DNA from: Candidatus Thorarchaeota archaeon
Lineage (GTDB): Archaea; Asgardarchaeota; Thorarchaeia; Thorarchaeales; Thorarchaeaceae
DNA: 41,195 nucleotides
Direction: 5' to 3'
NCBI GenBank assembly: GCA_048882325.1
Contig: JBHLRS010000029.1
Location: 1 to 41,195 of the forward strand
Shown here: one piece after another, positions 16,020 to 26,798 of the stretch
Layout: every line of letters starts with the position of its first letter
Numbering within the stretch: position 1 is the first letter of the stretch
Position numbers and translations under genes: made by a program
The notes under the pieces: generated by a model
The model's input: only the letters and a program-made list of their open reading frames with translations
Database searches by the model: none
Told to the model about the DNA's origin: nothing

Positions 16020-16820
16020 TTAATCATAAAATCCATATGAAAACTCTTTGACCTCCTCATAGGCTGTTGAATTCCGAGGCATTTTCAACAGAACCACAGC
16101 GGATTCTAATGCCTTAGTAAACTTCTTCCAGTTATTCTTCAGAAACAATGCAGCTACTGTTGTTCCATTGGCGTGTGCACCAAATACAAAGAAGAAAAAT
16201 CCATCTTTATCATGTGGATTCGGTGTACGAAGAATAACACTGTATTCTGTATCACCAACACTGTTGAACTCTGTTGGACTTTTCTTATCTTTAATCGTCA
16301 AAGCTGCATCATGCTCTGACGTTTCTTCGGTAATCTCAAATTCAAAATATGGCGGTGGATATTGTTTGAAGAATAATCTAGCACGTGAGTTGGCTATTGG
16401 TGATCCTAACATAATGACTGTTCTATTGGCGCAATCAAATTCTTTGTCGTTGTCCAAGCAGTATTCCACTGTTGCTTCTTGAAACTCAGCTATTACGTGT
16501 TCGATGTGCGTCCCAGCTTCATGATCTCCTAATGAAACCATATTATCTGGACCATGGTATTCTTCAATTATGCCATCAATCCGCTCTTTCTGGTATCTCT
16601 TTACCTCTCTCTTCTCAGGTTTTATTTTCCACAAGGGGATACAGATGTGAATATTCCCTTGATTTTCTGCAATCTTGCCAAAGACTTCCGTGTATTCACG
16701 AAACTCAAGAAACTTTCTCAAATTTCGATATAGAAAACCGAATGTAAATGATATACCTGACAGTAGTATACCGATTCCTATTTGATATAGTAGTCCCATC
16801 AAGCCTTGCAAAAGAACCAC
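16020..16820 (-). CDS. Single-TM protein with uncharacterised alpha/beta domain (low GC)
   Basis: N-terminal TM; motifs IMLGSPIAN and PNP...FGAHANGTTVAALFL; GGAGG overlapping the start. Confidence 0.7.
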   Translation of the reverse strand: MVLLQGLMGLLYQIGIGILLSGISFTFGFLYRNLRKFLEFREYTEVFGKIAENQGNIHICIPLWKIKPEKREVKRYQKERIDGIIEEYHGPDNMVSLGDHEAGTHIEHVIAEFQEATVEYCLDNDKEFDCANRTVIMLGSPIANSRARLFFKQYPPPYFEFEITEETSEHDAALTIKDKKSPTEFNSVGDTEYSVILRTPNPHDKDGFFFFVFGAHANGTTVAALFLKNNWKKFTKALESAVVLLKMPRNSTAYEEVKEFSYGFYD

Positions 16821-16894
16821 CTCCTTGGTCCCACGATAGAGATAGTTAATCCCTCATTCAATTATTTAACCTATAATATGAATCTTTGCTCTAA

Positions 16895-17794
16895 CTATAA
16901 TTTCCGGAATTGGATTATCAAATCACCGATTGGAGCTGTGCTATCTATAGTGTCTCGATGTATCGAATACAGCACAGCCTTCTCTACCTGAAACAACTCT
17001 TGCGTGACACTAGATATTGACTCTGGAATATCTTTCATTTCAAATGGAGTTGTGGCTATAGCGGGACTTGGGAACTCGTTTATCAAAAATGATCGAACCG
17101 GTAAGACGTTCTTCATTGGCTTATTAGCTACATTATCGTATTCTTCGAATGAAACATGAGTTCTAAAGCTTCCATTACTTGGTGACTGAGAAATATCTAC
17201 CAGATGAGTGAAATCACATGTGCCATCCCAATCTCCCGAACTCTCGTCATCTTTGAATGATGATCCGATAACCGGAATCAAAACCCCGCACCTGCCACTA
17301 GGTTTTAGAATTTTGCAGAAACCATTGAGTATTCTCTTCATTTGGTCTGTTGAAACATGTCCTAAAACCTGTGAACATAAAACTATATCAGCATCAAGAC
17401 CACTTGGCGCATTTTCTAAGAATCCAACATCTCCACAAATCACGTGGATTTTGATTCTTGTTGATAATCGTGTTGCACGTTCATGGGCAACTCTTGCGCG
17501 AACACAATCTGGATCAAGACCAATTAGAGTTGCTTCACTTTTGTCTTCTTTATTAAAAAATGCGAAGTTTGCACCTGTGCCGCAACCGAAATCGATTGCA
17601 ATTTCCCAATCCCAATTTAAAATCTCGGATATGAATGAATGTTCTTTCGTACTCTTTTCAGGGTCCTGTTTCTCTATTTTCAAGTCGGTATCATGGTCAG
17701 TGACAGGGTATGTATATTGTCCCTCATCGTTCCCTTTCTTTGATTGCAATTTTAGAATATAATTCTCCCATTCTTTTCTCCTCTGATTCGACAT
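16895..17794 (-). CDS. Class I SAM-dependent methyltransferase (low GC)
   Basis: Motif I IDFGCGTG, IGLDPD, GD, DIVLCSQVLGHV, LKPSG. Confidence 0.85.
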   Translation of the reverse strand: MSNQRRKEWENYILKLQSKKGNDEGQYTYPVTDHDTDLKIEKQDPEKSTKEHSFISEILNWDWEIAIDFGCGTGANFAFFNKEDKSEATLIGLDPDCVRARVAHERATRLSTRIKIHVICGDVGFLENAPSGLDADIVLCSQVLGHVSTDQMKRILNGFCKILKPSGRCGVLIPVIGSSFKDDESSGDWDGTCDFTHLVDISQSPSNGSFRTHVSFEEYDNVANKPMKNVLPVRSFLINEFPSPAIATTPFEMKDIPESISSVTQELFQVEKAVLYSIHRDTIDSTAPIGDLIIQFRKL

Positions 17795-18055
17795 CCTCAG
17801 TCACGTTTTGGATTTGAAGCCACTCCTTATGAGTTATTAGTTTAGATTTTCAAAAACTATTGCGGGATGAGAATGTCCTCAAGGGATCTATTTGGTTGAT
17901 TCCTCTAACTCCGAACTCGATGGTTATGTACAGGTTTGTTGAACTCGATACTCCTGATGATTCAGCCCTGTCATGCTTTCGTTATCTTCCCTTCCCGAAG
18001 GGAGATATACTTTGACATGCTTGAGCTCAGTGACCTTACAAACAATCAGAGCTGC

Positions 18056-18084
18056 AAAATGAAAACTCGAAAAATGAAAACTTG
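18056..18084. repeat. Short imperfect tandem repeat, possibly a T-rich terminator on the minus strand
   Basis: AAAATGAAAACTCG then AAAATGAAAACTTG with a 15-nt period, downstream of the small wHTH gene. Confidence 0.4.
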
Positions 18085-18146
18085 AGATTCTTGAATCTTT
18101 AGGCGCAGATGAGGAGATACTTGCAAAGTGGAAAGAGTAACTCAAA

Positions 18147-18446
18147 TTAAATAGCTCTCATCTGGAGTCCGACCATGATTCTAAGCCGCTCAATCTCAGC
18201 CTCCACTTCCCGGATCCTCTCAATATTAGCATGATACAGAGGTTTCCTCATGTCCATCAGATTCGGGACTCTACGAAGAAGCTTCTGGTTGACCAATTTC
18301 TTGAGAGCGAATGTTACCGTCCTCAGTGGTAGTTTCGACTCCATAGAGAGGTCTCTTGGAGCCATGGGGCCATGCTCAGTGAGATGATCAAGCACTATGA
18401 GCGCACTTTTTGGAAGGTCGTTCGGAGTGAACATCATTTCATTCAT
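18147..18446 (-). CDS. Small winged-HTH (MarR-like) regulator
   Basis: LPKSALIVLDHL..GPM..RDL..LPLRTVTFALKKL..PNLMDMRKPLY; ATG 18446 is preferred to TTG 18470. Confidence 0.85.
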   Translation of the reverse strand: MNEMMFTPNDLPKSALIVLDHLTEHGPMAPRDLSMESKLPLRTVTFALKKLVNQKLLRRVPNLMDMRKPLYHANIERIREVEAEIERLRIMVGLQMRAI

Positions 18447-18460
18447 CACAATCCATTGCT

Positions 18461-18530
18461 TTATCGGCAATTATTATTAAATAATTTTGCCGTTTCAACG
18501 GTATAACTATTATATCCGGCAATTAATAAA
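18461..18530. promoter_or_regulatory. Divergent promoter region with three CGGCAA half-sites
   Basis: CGGCAATTA at 18465 and 18517, inverted TTGCCG at 18487, and palindrome CCGTT-TC-AACGG. Confidence 0.5.
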
Positions 18531-18570
18531 GCTTAAGTTCACCGTAAGGGCGGAACGTGTAGACACACAA

Positions 18571-19692
18571 ATGGTCATGGTGGAAAGAAACGTGCCAAGG
18601 GGAAACCAAAGACTAACAGATGAAGTTCTTCTAGATGCCATCGTACGTCTTGGTGGAAAAGTCACTGCTACAGAATTAGGTGAGGTCCTTGGATACCCCG
18701 CTAGAACAATACGGTACCGGATCAAACGACTTAGGGAGAAGGGGTTCCTAGGTCGCCTCTGGTCGCAAACGCTTGATACCAAGTTGGGTCTTGGAGACTC
18801 AACTCTGGTATTGGACATTTCTGACAAATACAAGAATCTACCTCGAGGATTCCTAGACTGCTTTCCTAATTTCTACGCTCACTATGTCACCTACGGTCGT
18901 TACAACGGATACCAAGTAGCTGCGGGGTATCCAATCGGAACTCCGCAGATATTAGACCGAATTGTCCGTTCCATGAAACAGATGGGTCTTGTCAATGACG
19001 CCTTCATTCTGAAGACACTTGATTTCATTTCTATAGCTGGTGACCTCCGAAAATATAATCCTAAGACAGGTTGGAGCTGGGACTGGAACGAATGGGTGAC
19101 ACAGTCTATGAAGACACTCAAGGCTGGCGAACGGTTTCCACTTGAGTTCGATCAGAACCCAGCGGCTTTTGATTTTGACCATAAGGATGTGGCAATCGTT
19201 GCGGAGCTAAAGATGAATGCCACAATGACGCGCAAGCAACTTAGCGAGAAGGTCGATCTCTCAGAGACCCAGGTTGGAGTAAGGATTCGACGACTGAAAG
19301 AAGCCAATGTTCTTCGGGGGTTTGCATGGCTAACAGAAAGGACACCCTCGAACATTGTCTTGTACACTTACTTTGAACTTGAAGAGCCGCACCATCCAGT
19401 GTTGACATGTTTCCTTCACTTGCCGTTCAGAAAAGAGCTCATCATGGATTCATCAGATCGATTCTGTGTTCGTCTGACCATGAACTCAAGCGATGTGCTT
19501 GGATACCTGCGCGGTCTTGAAAAAATAAGGGCCCACTTCCTATCCTATTTCGTTCAGACATGTGTGGGCATTGGCATTGTCTCAAGACAGATGCATGGAT
19601 TCTACCATCTCCACAAGGAATCCACTGGTCGTTGGGAGATGCCCATAGAGGATTATATTCAGAACTTAGAGAGGTATCTCGAGAAGTATTAG
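18571..19692 (+). CDS. Double winged-HTH (Lrp/AsnC-like duplicated) regulator, paralog 1
   Basis: N-terminal HTH (PARTIRYRIKRL) and a second HTH (DHKDVAIVAELK..LSETQVGVRIRRL). ATG 18571 is likely; the track start at 18487 lies in the promoter. Confidence 0.85.
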   Translation: MVMVERNVPRGNQRLTDEVLLDAIVRLGGKVTATELGEVLGYPARTIRYRIKRLREKGFLGRLWSQTLDTKLGLGDSTLVLDISDKYKNLPRGFLDCFPNFYAHYVTYGRYNGYQVAAGYPIGTPQILDRIVRSMKQMGLVNDAFILKTLDFISIAGDLRKYNPKTGWSWDWNEWVTQSMKTLKAGERFPLEFDQNPAAFDFDHKDVAIVAELKMNATMTRKQLSEKVDLSETQVGVRIRRLKEANVLRGFAWLTERTPSNIVLYTYFELEEPHHPVLTCFLHLPFRKELIMDSSDRFCVRLTMNSSDVLGYLRGLEKIRAHFLSYFVQTCVGIGIVSRQMHGFYHLHKESTGRWEMPIEDYIQNLERYLEKY

Positions 19693-19698
19693 GACAAA

Positions 19699-20823
19699 TT
19701 GGGAGAATCAGAGAAAGTGCCAAAGCAAAAAAGGAAACTCACAGATAAGATGCTTCTGAAAGCTGTCACCGAGCTGGGTGGAGCTGACAAAGCACCCGAA
19801 CTGGGCGACATGCTTGGGTTTCCAGAGCGGACAATCAGATATAGGTTGCAGAGGCTCAAGGAGAAGGGATACCTTGATAGAATATGGCCCCAGACAATAG
19901 ATGCTAAACTGGGTCTTGGGGAGCTAGGTCTCTTCCTTGTGTTGACTGAGGAACATAGAAACATACCTCGGGAGTTTCTCTATTGCTTCAAGAATCTCAA
20001 CATTCTCTGGGCAACATTTGGCCGCTATAATGGCTATTTCTCTGCGGGTGGGTACCCTATAGATTCACCCGAGATTATTGATGACTTGATTCACTCGCTG
20101 AAACGAATGAATATCATCACTGATTGGTTCAGATTCAACACAGTAGATTTCATACCACTATCCGCGGATTTGTCGAGGTATAATCCCAAAACTGGATGGA
20201 CATGGGACTGGAAAGAATGGGTAGAGCAATCAGAAAATGCAATCAAGTCTGGGGAACCAGTCGGCTTTGATTTAGTGTTGGACCAGGGGTCAATGGACTA
20301 TGATCATAAGGATATAGCGATTCTTGCAGAGATAAAGGAGTATGGGCACATCTCCTCTAAGGAAATAAGTAGACGCGTAGGACTATCAGACACTCAGGTA
20401 AGAGCCCGGATTCGACGATTGAGGGATGAGAATGTACTCAAGGAATCTATTTGGTTAATTCCTCCAACCCCGAACTCCATGGTGATGTACACGTTTGTCG
20501 AACTAGATACTCCTGATGATCCCGCTCTGTCATGTTTTCGTTATCTCCCATTCCGGAAAGAGATATACTTTGACAAACCTAACAAATATGCAGTCAGGAT
20601 CAACATGAACTCAAGCGATCTAGTATACTATATGCTTGCATTCGAAAAGCTCCGGACTCACTTCAATACTTACTTCTTCCAAATAGTTGTCAATCCTACC
20701 TCAATTCCTGAAGGCAGGCATAGTCTTTACAAGCTCTATAACGAATCTACAGGACGGTGGGAAATGCCAATGGACGAATACATTAGAAATCTAGAGCGAT
20801 TCATAGAGCAACTTAAACTGTAG
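19699..20823 (+). CDS. Double winged-HTH regulator, paralog 2 (tandem duplicate)
   Basis: Colinear with the upstream gene (YNPKTGW.WDW.EWV, DHKD, LPFRKE, MNSSD, ESTGRWEMP). Confidence 0.88.
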   Translation: MGESEKVPKQKRKLTDKMLLKAVTELGGADKAPELGDMLGFPERTIRYRLQRLKEKGYLDRIWPQTIDAKLGLGELGLFLVLTEEHRNIPREFLYCFKNLNILWATFGRYNGYFSAGGYPIDSPEIIDDLIHSLKRMNIITDWFRFNTVDFIPLSADLSRYNPKTGWTWDWKEWVEQSENAIKSGEPVGFDLVLDQGSMDYDHKDIAILAEIKEYGHISSKEISRRVGLSDTQVRARIRRLRDENVLKESIWLIPPTPNSMVMYTFVELDTPDDPALSCFRYLPFRKEIYFDKPNKYAVRINMNSSDLVYYMLAFEKLRTHFNTYFFQIVVNPTSIPEGRHSLYKLYNESTGRWEMPMDEYIRNLERFIEQLKL

Positions 20824-20883
20824 AACGCTTACATTTATGGCATTGAATGCATCTTCCGTTTCTAGTACAAGGAGAAAATATCA

Positions 20884-23800
20884 GTGGATGCACGAGACCC
20901 ACAAAGACCAAACTTCAGCATTGAATCAGTGAGTGAAATTGCTAGGTCGCTCTACGGTCTTACAGGTGAATTTAGAGAGTTGCCAAGCGAGAGAGATCAG
21001 AATTTCCATCTCATGACTGAGTCTGGGGAAGAGTATGTCCTGAAAATCTCGGCAACCTCTGAGAAACGTGAGAATTTAGAATTCCAGAATAGTGCTATGC
21101 ATCACCTCACAGATAACTCCACTTCAATCATCTCTCCAAGAGTCCAGAAAACACTAGCTGGTCAAGAAATCGCAACTGTAGAAGCTTCAGATGGGACATC
21201 GCACTTTGTGAGGATGAATTCTTATATCAAAGGACGTGTCTTGTCATCGATAAATCCTCATTCTCCGGAGTTACTGGAGGAATTTGGAAGGTTTGTTGGT
21301 TTCATAAGCAGGGATCTTGCAGATTTTGATCATCCTGCCGCACACAGGGATTTCTACTGGGACTTGAAGAGAGCAAGTACAACAATCGAGAATTTCATGG
21401 AACATATCTCTAATCCCCAAAAACAGGAATTAGTTCATCATTTCCTGGATCTATTTGAAACGCTGGTCAAACCTAGGCTGGGGGAACTACGGACAAGTGT
21501 CATTCACAATGATGTCAATGATGATAATGTCATTGTGAATAGCCCTCATGATGAAAATCGTACTTTCGGAATCCTTGACTTTGGTGATATGGTCTATTCT
21601 CATACAATCAATGAACTAGCAATTGCGATAGCCTATGCAATACTCGACAAGCCTGACCCAATTTTGACGGCACAGCATATCATAGCAGGGTATCATTCAG
21701 TTTTCCCACTTACTGAGGTGGAGCTTGAGGTGCTTTTCCTCCTTACCTGCGCAAGACTTGCGACAAGTGTGTCTGTTTCTTCCTATCAAAAGAAACTAGA
21801 ACCTGATAATGAATACCTTGTCATCAGCGAAACTCGAGCATGGGCGATTCTTTCTCAACTAGCCGATGTCCACCCTAGGTACGCAACCTATTGTTTCCGA
21901 AACGCAGCTGGGTTAGAGCCTTGTCCCGACTCCATTGAGGTCCGAAAGTGGTTGAAGAGGAACTCTCGCGTTTCCTTCAGTCCAATTGGCACTTCCCTCA
22001 ATACCTCAAACTGTATCGTGATAGACATCAGTGTTGGAAGCATAGATATTGCCTCTCCTCATCAACTGGCAGACCACCAACAATTCGGAAACCTAGTAAA
22101 GAAGAAGCAGGATGCTGCTGGTGTCGATGTTGGTATAGGCCGATATAATGAGGCTCGATTGATCTACTCTGGAGAACAGTATCTGGAACCAGGCAATGAG
22201 AATCGGACCATCCATCTTGCCAATGATTTGTTTGTTGAGAGCGGGACTCCAGTCTACTCAATCTATGATGGAGTGATCCACAGTTTTCAGGACAATGCGA
22301 GACCTCTCGATAATGGACCAACTATCGTTGTAGAGTACAAGACCACGACTGATGGTCCATCATTCTATGTTCTGTATAGTCACATGACACGTGATTCACT
22401 CGATGGCCTCTTTGTTGGGAAACCGGTGAAGAAAGGCGAACAGATTGGGAATGTTGGACAATATCCTGATAATGGTGGATGGCCGCCTCATCTCCATTTC
22501 CAGCTAATCGTAGACATGTTGGGAAACGAGGGTGACCTCTTTGGAGTTGCGCCACCAAGTAAACGTGATGTCTGGTTGAGTATATGCCCTGACCCTAACT
22601 TGATCCTTCAGATTCCAGCCTCACTCTTTCCAAAGGCAGACATGTCAAAAGATGAAATTCTTGAACTCCGGAATGAGTTCATTGGCAGACCTCTGGGAGT
22701 TTCTTATGACAAGCCAGTGACTATTGTCAGAGGATTCATGCAGTATCTCTATGATGAGAACGGTCGAGAGTATCTAGACATGCGAAACAATGTGCCGCAC
22801 GTAGGTCACAGCAACCCCAGGATTGTCAAGGTGTTGAGTCAGCAAGCTGCCGTCTTGAACACGAACACCCGTTACCTACACCAGAACTTGGTCCAGTATG
22901 CTAAACGGCTGACTTCGAAGCTGCCCAAAGAGCTCAGCATCTGTTTCTTCGTCAACAGCGGGAGCGAGGCAAATGAACTTGCTTTGAGACTCGCAAAGGC
23001 TCACACCAAGAAGAAAGACATCATCGCAATTGATGGGGCTTATCATGGCAACACCTTCGAACTTGTGAATATCAGTTCATACAAACATGATGGCCCTGGA
23101 GGAGATGGAGCACCCTCGCACGTACATGTCGTGAGGAGGCCTGATACTTATCGAGGCGAGTACAAGGGATCTGATGCGTGGCGTAGATATGCCGAGGATG
23201 TCCTTGCAGCTATTCAAAAGTCTGAAGGTGTTGCTGCCTTTATCTTTGAACCGCTCATGGGGTGTGGAGGTCAAATCATCTTTCCCAATAGATATCTCAA
23301 AGAGGCGTTCAAACATGTAAGAAAGGATGGAGGAGTCTGCATCGCTGATGAGGTGCAGGTCGGATTTGGAAGGATGGGTGACAAGTTCTGGGGTTTTGAG
23401 ACTCAGGGTGTGATCCCAGATATTGTCACAATGGGAAAACCGATTGGCAATGGTCATCCCATTGGAGCTGTGGTTACGACAAAGGAGATAGCAGACTCGT
23501 TCACTACTGGTATGGAGTTCTTCAGTACCACTGGGGGGAACACGGTCTCTTGTGCAGTCGGAATGGCTGTTCTGGATGAGATTGAGAATCAGAAGCTTCA
23601 ACAGAATGCTAAGAAGGTCGGAGCCTATCTGCTCAAAAGACTAAAGGGATTGATGAAGACGCACTCTATCATGGGAGACGTGAGAGGTCGGGGTCTCTTC
23701 ATTGGCGTTGAGCTGGTCAGAGACCATGAAACTCTTGAGCCCGCAGATACAGAGACCAAGTATGTCGTTGAAAGGTTGCGTGACATTGGATTTCTGATCA

Positions 23801-23937
23801 GTCGTGATGGACCCTTCAACAATGTGCTCAAGATCAAACCTCCACTGGTCTTCACAGAGGAGAATGCTGATACATTTGTAGAGGCCCTAGACCTCGTCCT
23901 TCACGAAGATCCTGTAATTCTCCATAAGGAATCCTGA
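20884..23937 (+). CDS. Fusion of APH/hydroxylysine-kinase-like domain, M23-like domain and class III PLP aminotransferase/phospho-lyase
   Basis: [22 protein letters not shown]; HLAND, YSH, PPHLHFQ; [30 protein letters not shown]. Confidence 0.9.
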   Translation: MDARDPQRPNFSIESVSEIARSLYGLTGEFRELPSERDQNFHLMTESGEEYVLKISATSEKRENLEFQNSAMHHLTDNSTSIISPRVQKTLAGQEIATVEASDGTSHFVRMNSYIKGRVLSSINPHSPELLEEFGRFVGFISRDLADFDHPAAHRDFYWDLKRASTTIENFMEHISNPQKQELVHHFLDLFETLVKPRLGELRTSVIHNDVNDDNVIVNSPHDENRTFGILDFGDMVYSHTINELAIAIAYAILDKPDPILTAQHIIAGYHSVFPLTEVELEVLFLLTCARLATSVSVSSYQKKLEPDNEYLVISETRAWAILSQLADVHPRYATYCFRNAAGLEPCPDSIEVRKWLKRNSRVSFSPIGTSLNTSNCIVIDISVGSIDIASPHQLADHQQFGNLVKKKQDAAGVDVGIGRYNEARLIYSGEQYLEPGNENRTIHLANDLFVESGTPVYSIYDGVIHSFQDNARPLDNGPTIVVEYKTTTDGPSFYVLYSHMTRDSLDGLFVGKPVKKGEQIGNVGQYPDNGGWPPHLHFQLIVDMLGNEGDLFGVAPPSKRDVWLSICPDPNLILQIPASLFPKADMSKDEILELRNEFIGRPLGVSYDKPVTIVRGFMQYLYDENGREYLDMRNNVPHVGHSNPRIVKVLSQQAAVLNTNTRYLHQNLVQYAKRLTSKLPKELSICFFVNSGSEANELALRLAKAHTKKKDIIAIDGAYHGNTFELVNISSYKHDGPGGDGAPSHVHVVRRPDTYRGEYKGSDAWRRYAEDVLAAIQKSEGVAAFIFEPLMGCGGQIIFPNRYLKEAFKHVRKDGGVCIADEVQVGFGRMGDKFWGFETQGVIPDIVTMGKPIGNGHPIGAVVTTKEIADSFTTGMEFFSTTGGNTVSCAVGMAVLDEIENQKLQQNAKKVGAYLLKRLKGLMKTHSIMGDVRGRGLFIGVELVRDHETLEPADTETKYVVERLRDIGFLISRDGPFNNVLKIKPPLVFTEENADTFVEALDLVLHEDPVILHKES

Positions 23938-26112
23938 ACCATCATTACTGGCGCCAGGTGTTGGAGATGCAAACGTGGTCCATGTGGAACTCCCATCAGT
24001 CACTCGACCATAACTGACATCGTTGGCTGATGTGCTGTAGGTGTAGGAGTCCTGAACTGTAGTACCATCAGGCTTGATGAGGTTCACATTGTCCCCTGCA
24101 TTGTTGAGGGCGAGTCCAGTTGTACTCTGGTTGAAGAGGAGAAAGCCACCAGCTGGAATGATAGTTCCTGCGGGGATGGCATAGGGTGGTGTCCCGCCAC
24201 CAATGAGGTCATCCAGAATGTATCCCTCGAGATTGACTGCTTCTCCCGACGGATTGTAAAGTTCAATCCACTCCTCAGTGTACAACACATTTGGATCAGG
24301 TAGAAACTCATTGATCACAATCAGATCTGCAGCCAGAGCATCCAGAGTAGTGGCATTCACGAAGGCAGATTTATTGCCTTCATTGAGAAAGTAGTCCTCT
24401 GCTGAAACTTGATAGCTGTAGGTCGTACTTGGCGTGAGACTTGTATCATTATAGTATGTTGTGAAGACCTTCACTATCTCTGTGCCATTTCTGTAAATGA
24501 TGTACCTGAATAGGTCTGGTTCTGTGTTGGCATTCCAGGTCAGGTCAATCCTAGTGTGACTGACTACAGTCGCATTGAGACCTGTAACATTCGCTGGAGG
24601 TACCATATCAGCAGTCGTTGAGTTCCATCCGATGAAGACATCAACAGAGTAGTGGTCGGAACCTGTGTCAGCATGCGCTGTGTCGCCCGTTGTAGAGTTC
24701 AGGAGTTTACCGAGAAAGAAGTCGTTGACTATAATATAGTCAATACGAGAGGTGTAGACCGGATTCTGATGACCATAGGTGTATCCTGCATCTGTAGGAT
24801 TCAGAGTCCTAAAAACATCAGTGAAATTGTGTACATTTGAGGAGTATTGACCATATATGGGGTCATTGGGATTCAGCATCATGGTCAAGGGTCCATACCC
24901 TAGGTCTCCACTTGGAGCCATATCTCCAGTGTCAACAGTTGAGAATGAATTCAGGTCTCCCATATACATGATTGGGACATCACCAAGGTTGTCCAAATAG
25001 TTGATAATCCCCTCGGTCTCCCACTCTCGTCTGTTCTCGTTACTCTCCCCGCCTATCGCCTTTAGGTGTGCTCCAAACAGGTGGACATTGGTTCCATTTA
25101 TGTCAACGATTGCATGAATGAAGTCGTGGGTGACATCATAGTTTGATCCGTTATCTAGCGGGACAATTCCAATCTGAATGAAATCTAGAATTGGGAATCT
25201 GCTCAGTATTGCCTCACCACTTGTAGAGATTCCAATTCCCTGAGCGGTATAACCCTCATAGGGCGCCTCATTTGTGAAGTAGGTATTAAACTCAGTAATT
25301 GCTGAATTCAGTAGTAGGTTTCCACTGTCATCCCAGGTTCCCGTTTCAACCAATATCATGATGTCGGGATTCTCTTCCTTCACAACCTCCTTCCAGTCCG
25401 CGTTCACTCCACTTTGTTCAATGTTGTATGTCATTACCTTGAACTCACCGGTGAAGTTGTACACAACTGGAGGGGTGTTATCTACAATGATGAGAATCAC
25501 ATCCTCATCACTGAGCCCTCCACCATCAGTCACATTTGCGAGAATGGTGTGACCGCCATTGGATGCAGTTGTCGTATCCCAGAGGTAGGACAGGTCAGTT
25601 GCCATGTAGACATCGTCAATATAGATTGTTGGAGTCAGGGATTCCTCATCTGAAACTGAAACCTGGATAAGGATAGAGCCCGACACTATGGAACTCTCTG
25701 CTGGAGCGGTGATTGTGACCTCTGGTGGATTGTTGTGCACAACTGGATTATCCACCTCGACAGCAATTTCCGATTCTCCCCAATTTGTATAATTATCCTG
25801 CGCACGAAATGTCAGATTGTAGACCCTGTTGACCTCCGAATTTGTATCCCAGGTGTAAGTCTGTGAGTTTGCTCGAACAACACTATCGATGAGAATCTCA
25901 TATGCGACAATTGAATTCTGATCAGTTGCTGTGAAGTTTAGAATTACAACTCCAGAAACGACCTCATCTGCAGTAGGACTGATAATGGTAACCACTGGAG
26001 GGTCTGTGTCCTCAGTCACATTAGTTGGTCTTCTAAGATACAGTGAGATGACCACTACTGAAACAATGAGAAACGCCAGTAGTAGTACAGTGATTGTTCT
26101 CTTAGAACTCAT
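23887..26112 (-). CDS. Membrane-anchored extracellular EEP nuclease/phosphatase with Ig-like, FN3 and lamin-tail domains
   Basis: TM anchor; two Ig-like repeats (DTDPPVVTIISP, NNPPEVTITAP); EEP motifs MTYNI, MGDLNS, RIDYI, SDH; FN3; LTD (VINEFLP..EWIELYN..SPTPGASN). Start ATG 26112. Confidence 0.88.
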   Translation of the reverse strand: MSSKRTITVLLLAFLIVSVVVISLYLRRPTNVTEDTDPPVVTIISPTADEVVSGVVILNFTATDQNSIVAYEILIDSVVRANSQTYTWDTNSEVNRVYNLTFRAQDNYTNWGESEIAVEVDNPVVHNNPPEVTITAPAESSIVSGSILIQVSVSDEESLTPTIYIDDVYMATDLSYLWDTTTASNGGHTILANVTDGGGLSDEDVILIIVDNTPPVVYNFTGEFKVMTYNIEQSGVNADWKEVVKEENPDIMILVETGTWDDSGNLLLNSAITEFNTYFTNEAPYEGYTAQGIGISTSGEAILSRFPILDFIQIGIVPLDNGSNYDVTHDFIHAIVDINGTNVHLFGAHLKAIGGESNENRREWETEGIINYLDNLGDVPIMYMGDLNSFSTVDTGDMAPSGDLGYGPLTMMLNPNDPIYGQYSSNVHNFTDVFRTLNPTDAGYTYGHQNPVYTSRIDYIIVNDFFLGKLLNSTTGDTAHADTGSDHYSVDVFIGWNSTTADMVPPANVTGLNATVVSHTRIDLTWNANTEPDLFRYIIYRNGTEIVKVFTTYYNDTSLTPSTTYSYQVSAEDYFLNEGNKSAFVNATTLDALAADLIVINEFLPDPNVLYTEEWIELYNPSGEAVNLEGYILDDLIGGGTPPYAIPAGTIIPAGGFLLFNQSTTGLALNNAGDNVNLIKPDGTTVQDSYTYSTSANDVSYGRVTDGSSTWTTFASPTPGASNDGSGFLMENYRIFVKDEV

Positions 26113-26231
26113 CTGAGGATCAGAACTCCTGACATGTTTCCAATACCCCTGCAAAATAAGCCTTGGTTCGTGGCATATAGCTGTGACAATGTTCTTGAGT
26201 GTTTGCGACTGCATTGTTGAGAGTGAGTAAG

Positions 26232-26792
26232 GTGACTGGTCAAGTAGCGGACGAATTCAGATATAATGGTGAAGCATACGCATTGGTCGGTATCTCAGGT
26301 GAAGGTCTCTACACACCCGCTGATTTTGGGATGACGACAAGAATGGCTAGTACTGCCTGCTGGCGGGGTTATCAAATGTTCTATGACTGTGTAGATGGCG
26401 AACTCATTCTTGATACCATGCTCGCAAATCCTGAAGTTCCCAAGCCTGTGAATGGGATTGAACCGAGGAAACTTGAGAACAGCTTCATGTTCCCACTTGT
26501 CTATGAGAACCTGAGATTAAAGACAAAATTCACAGGTCGAATATTGCTCGGGAGGGACTTTATAGATGAGATGTACGTGCACATGGGGTTCCAGAGTGCT
26601 GAGTCCTTCAGAACAGTGATCGAGATTGAGATAAAGGACGGAGAGATTATCAAGGAGACTGACCTTTCTCAGAGCATGGCTGAGAGGCGCCTTGCTGGTC
26701 TAAACAAACCATCACAACCGCCATCCATGGAAGAAGATGAACTCAAGGGCTGGATAGAGGAAAGGTTCTCCCAAGACTACGATACGGACTGA
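26232..26792 (+). CDS. Conserved-looking hypothetical protein
   Basis: MTGQVADEF...STACWRGY...FTGRILLG..F...YVHMGF; GTG 26232 is the likely start. Confidence 0.7.
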   Translation: MTGQVADEFRYNGEAYALVGISGEGLYTPADFGMTTRMASTACWRGYQMFYDCVDGELILDTMLANPEVPKPVNGIEPRKLENSFMFPLVYENLRLKTKFTGRILLGRDFIDEMYVHMGFQSAESFRTVIEIEIKDGEIIKETDLSQSMAERRLAGLNKPSQPPSMEEDELKGWIEERFSQDYDTD

Positions 26793-26798
26793 CTAGAA

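Noticed and set aside
17208-17762. Long antisense ORFs (also 23077-23601, 29320-29796, 30058-30540, 33001-33399, 33819-34151)
   Set aside because: Shadows of well-supported genes on the opposite strand.
17924-18145. 73-aa ORF downstream of the small wHTH gene
   Set aside because: Low-complexity translation of a tandem repeat/T-rich tract, with no RBS or motif.
23930-24320. Lamin-tail domain as a eukaryotic signature
   Set aside because: LTDs are common in secreted prokaryotic nucleases and hydrolases.
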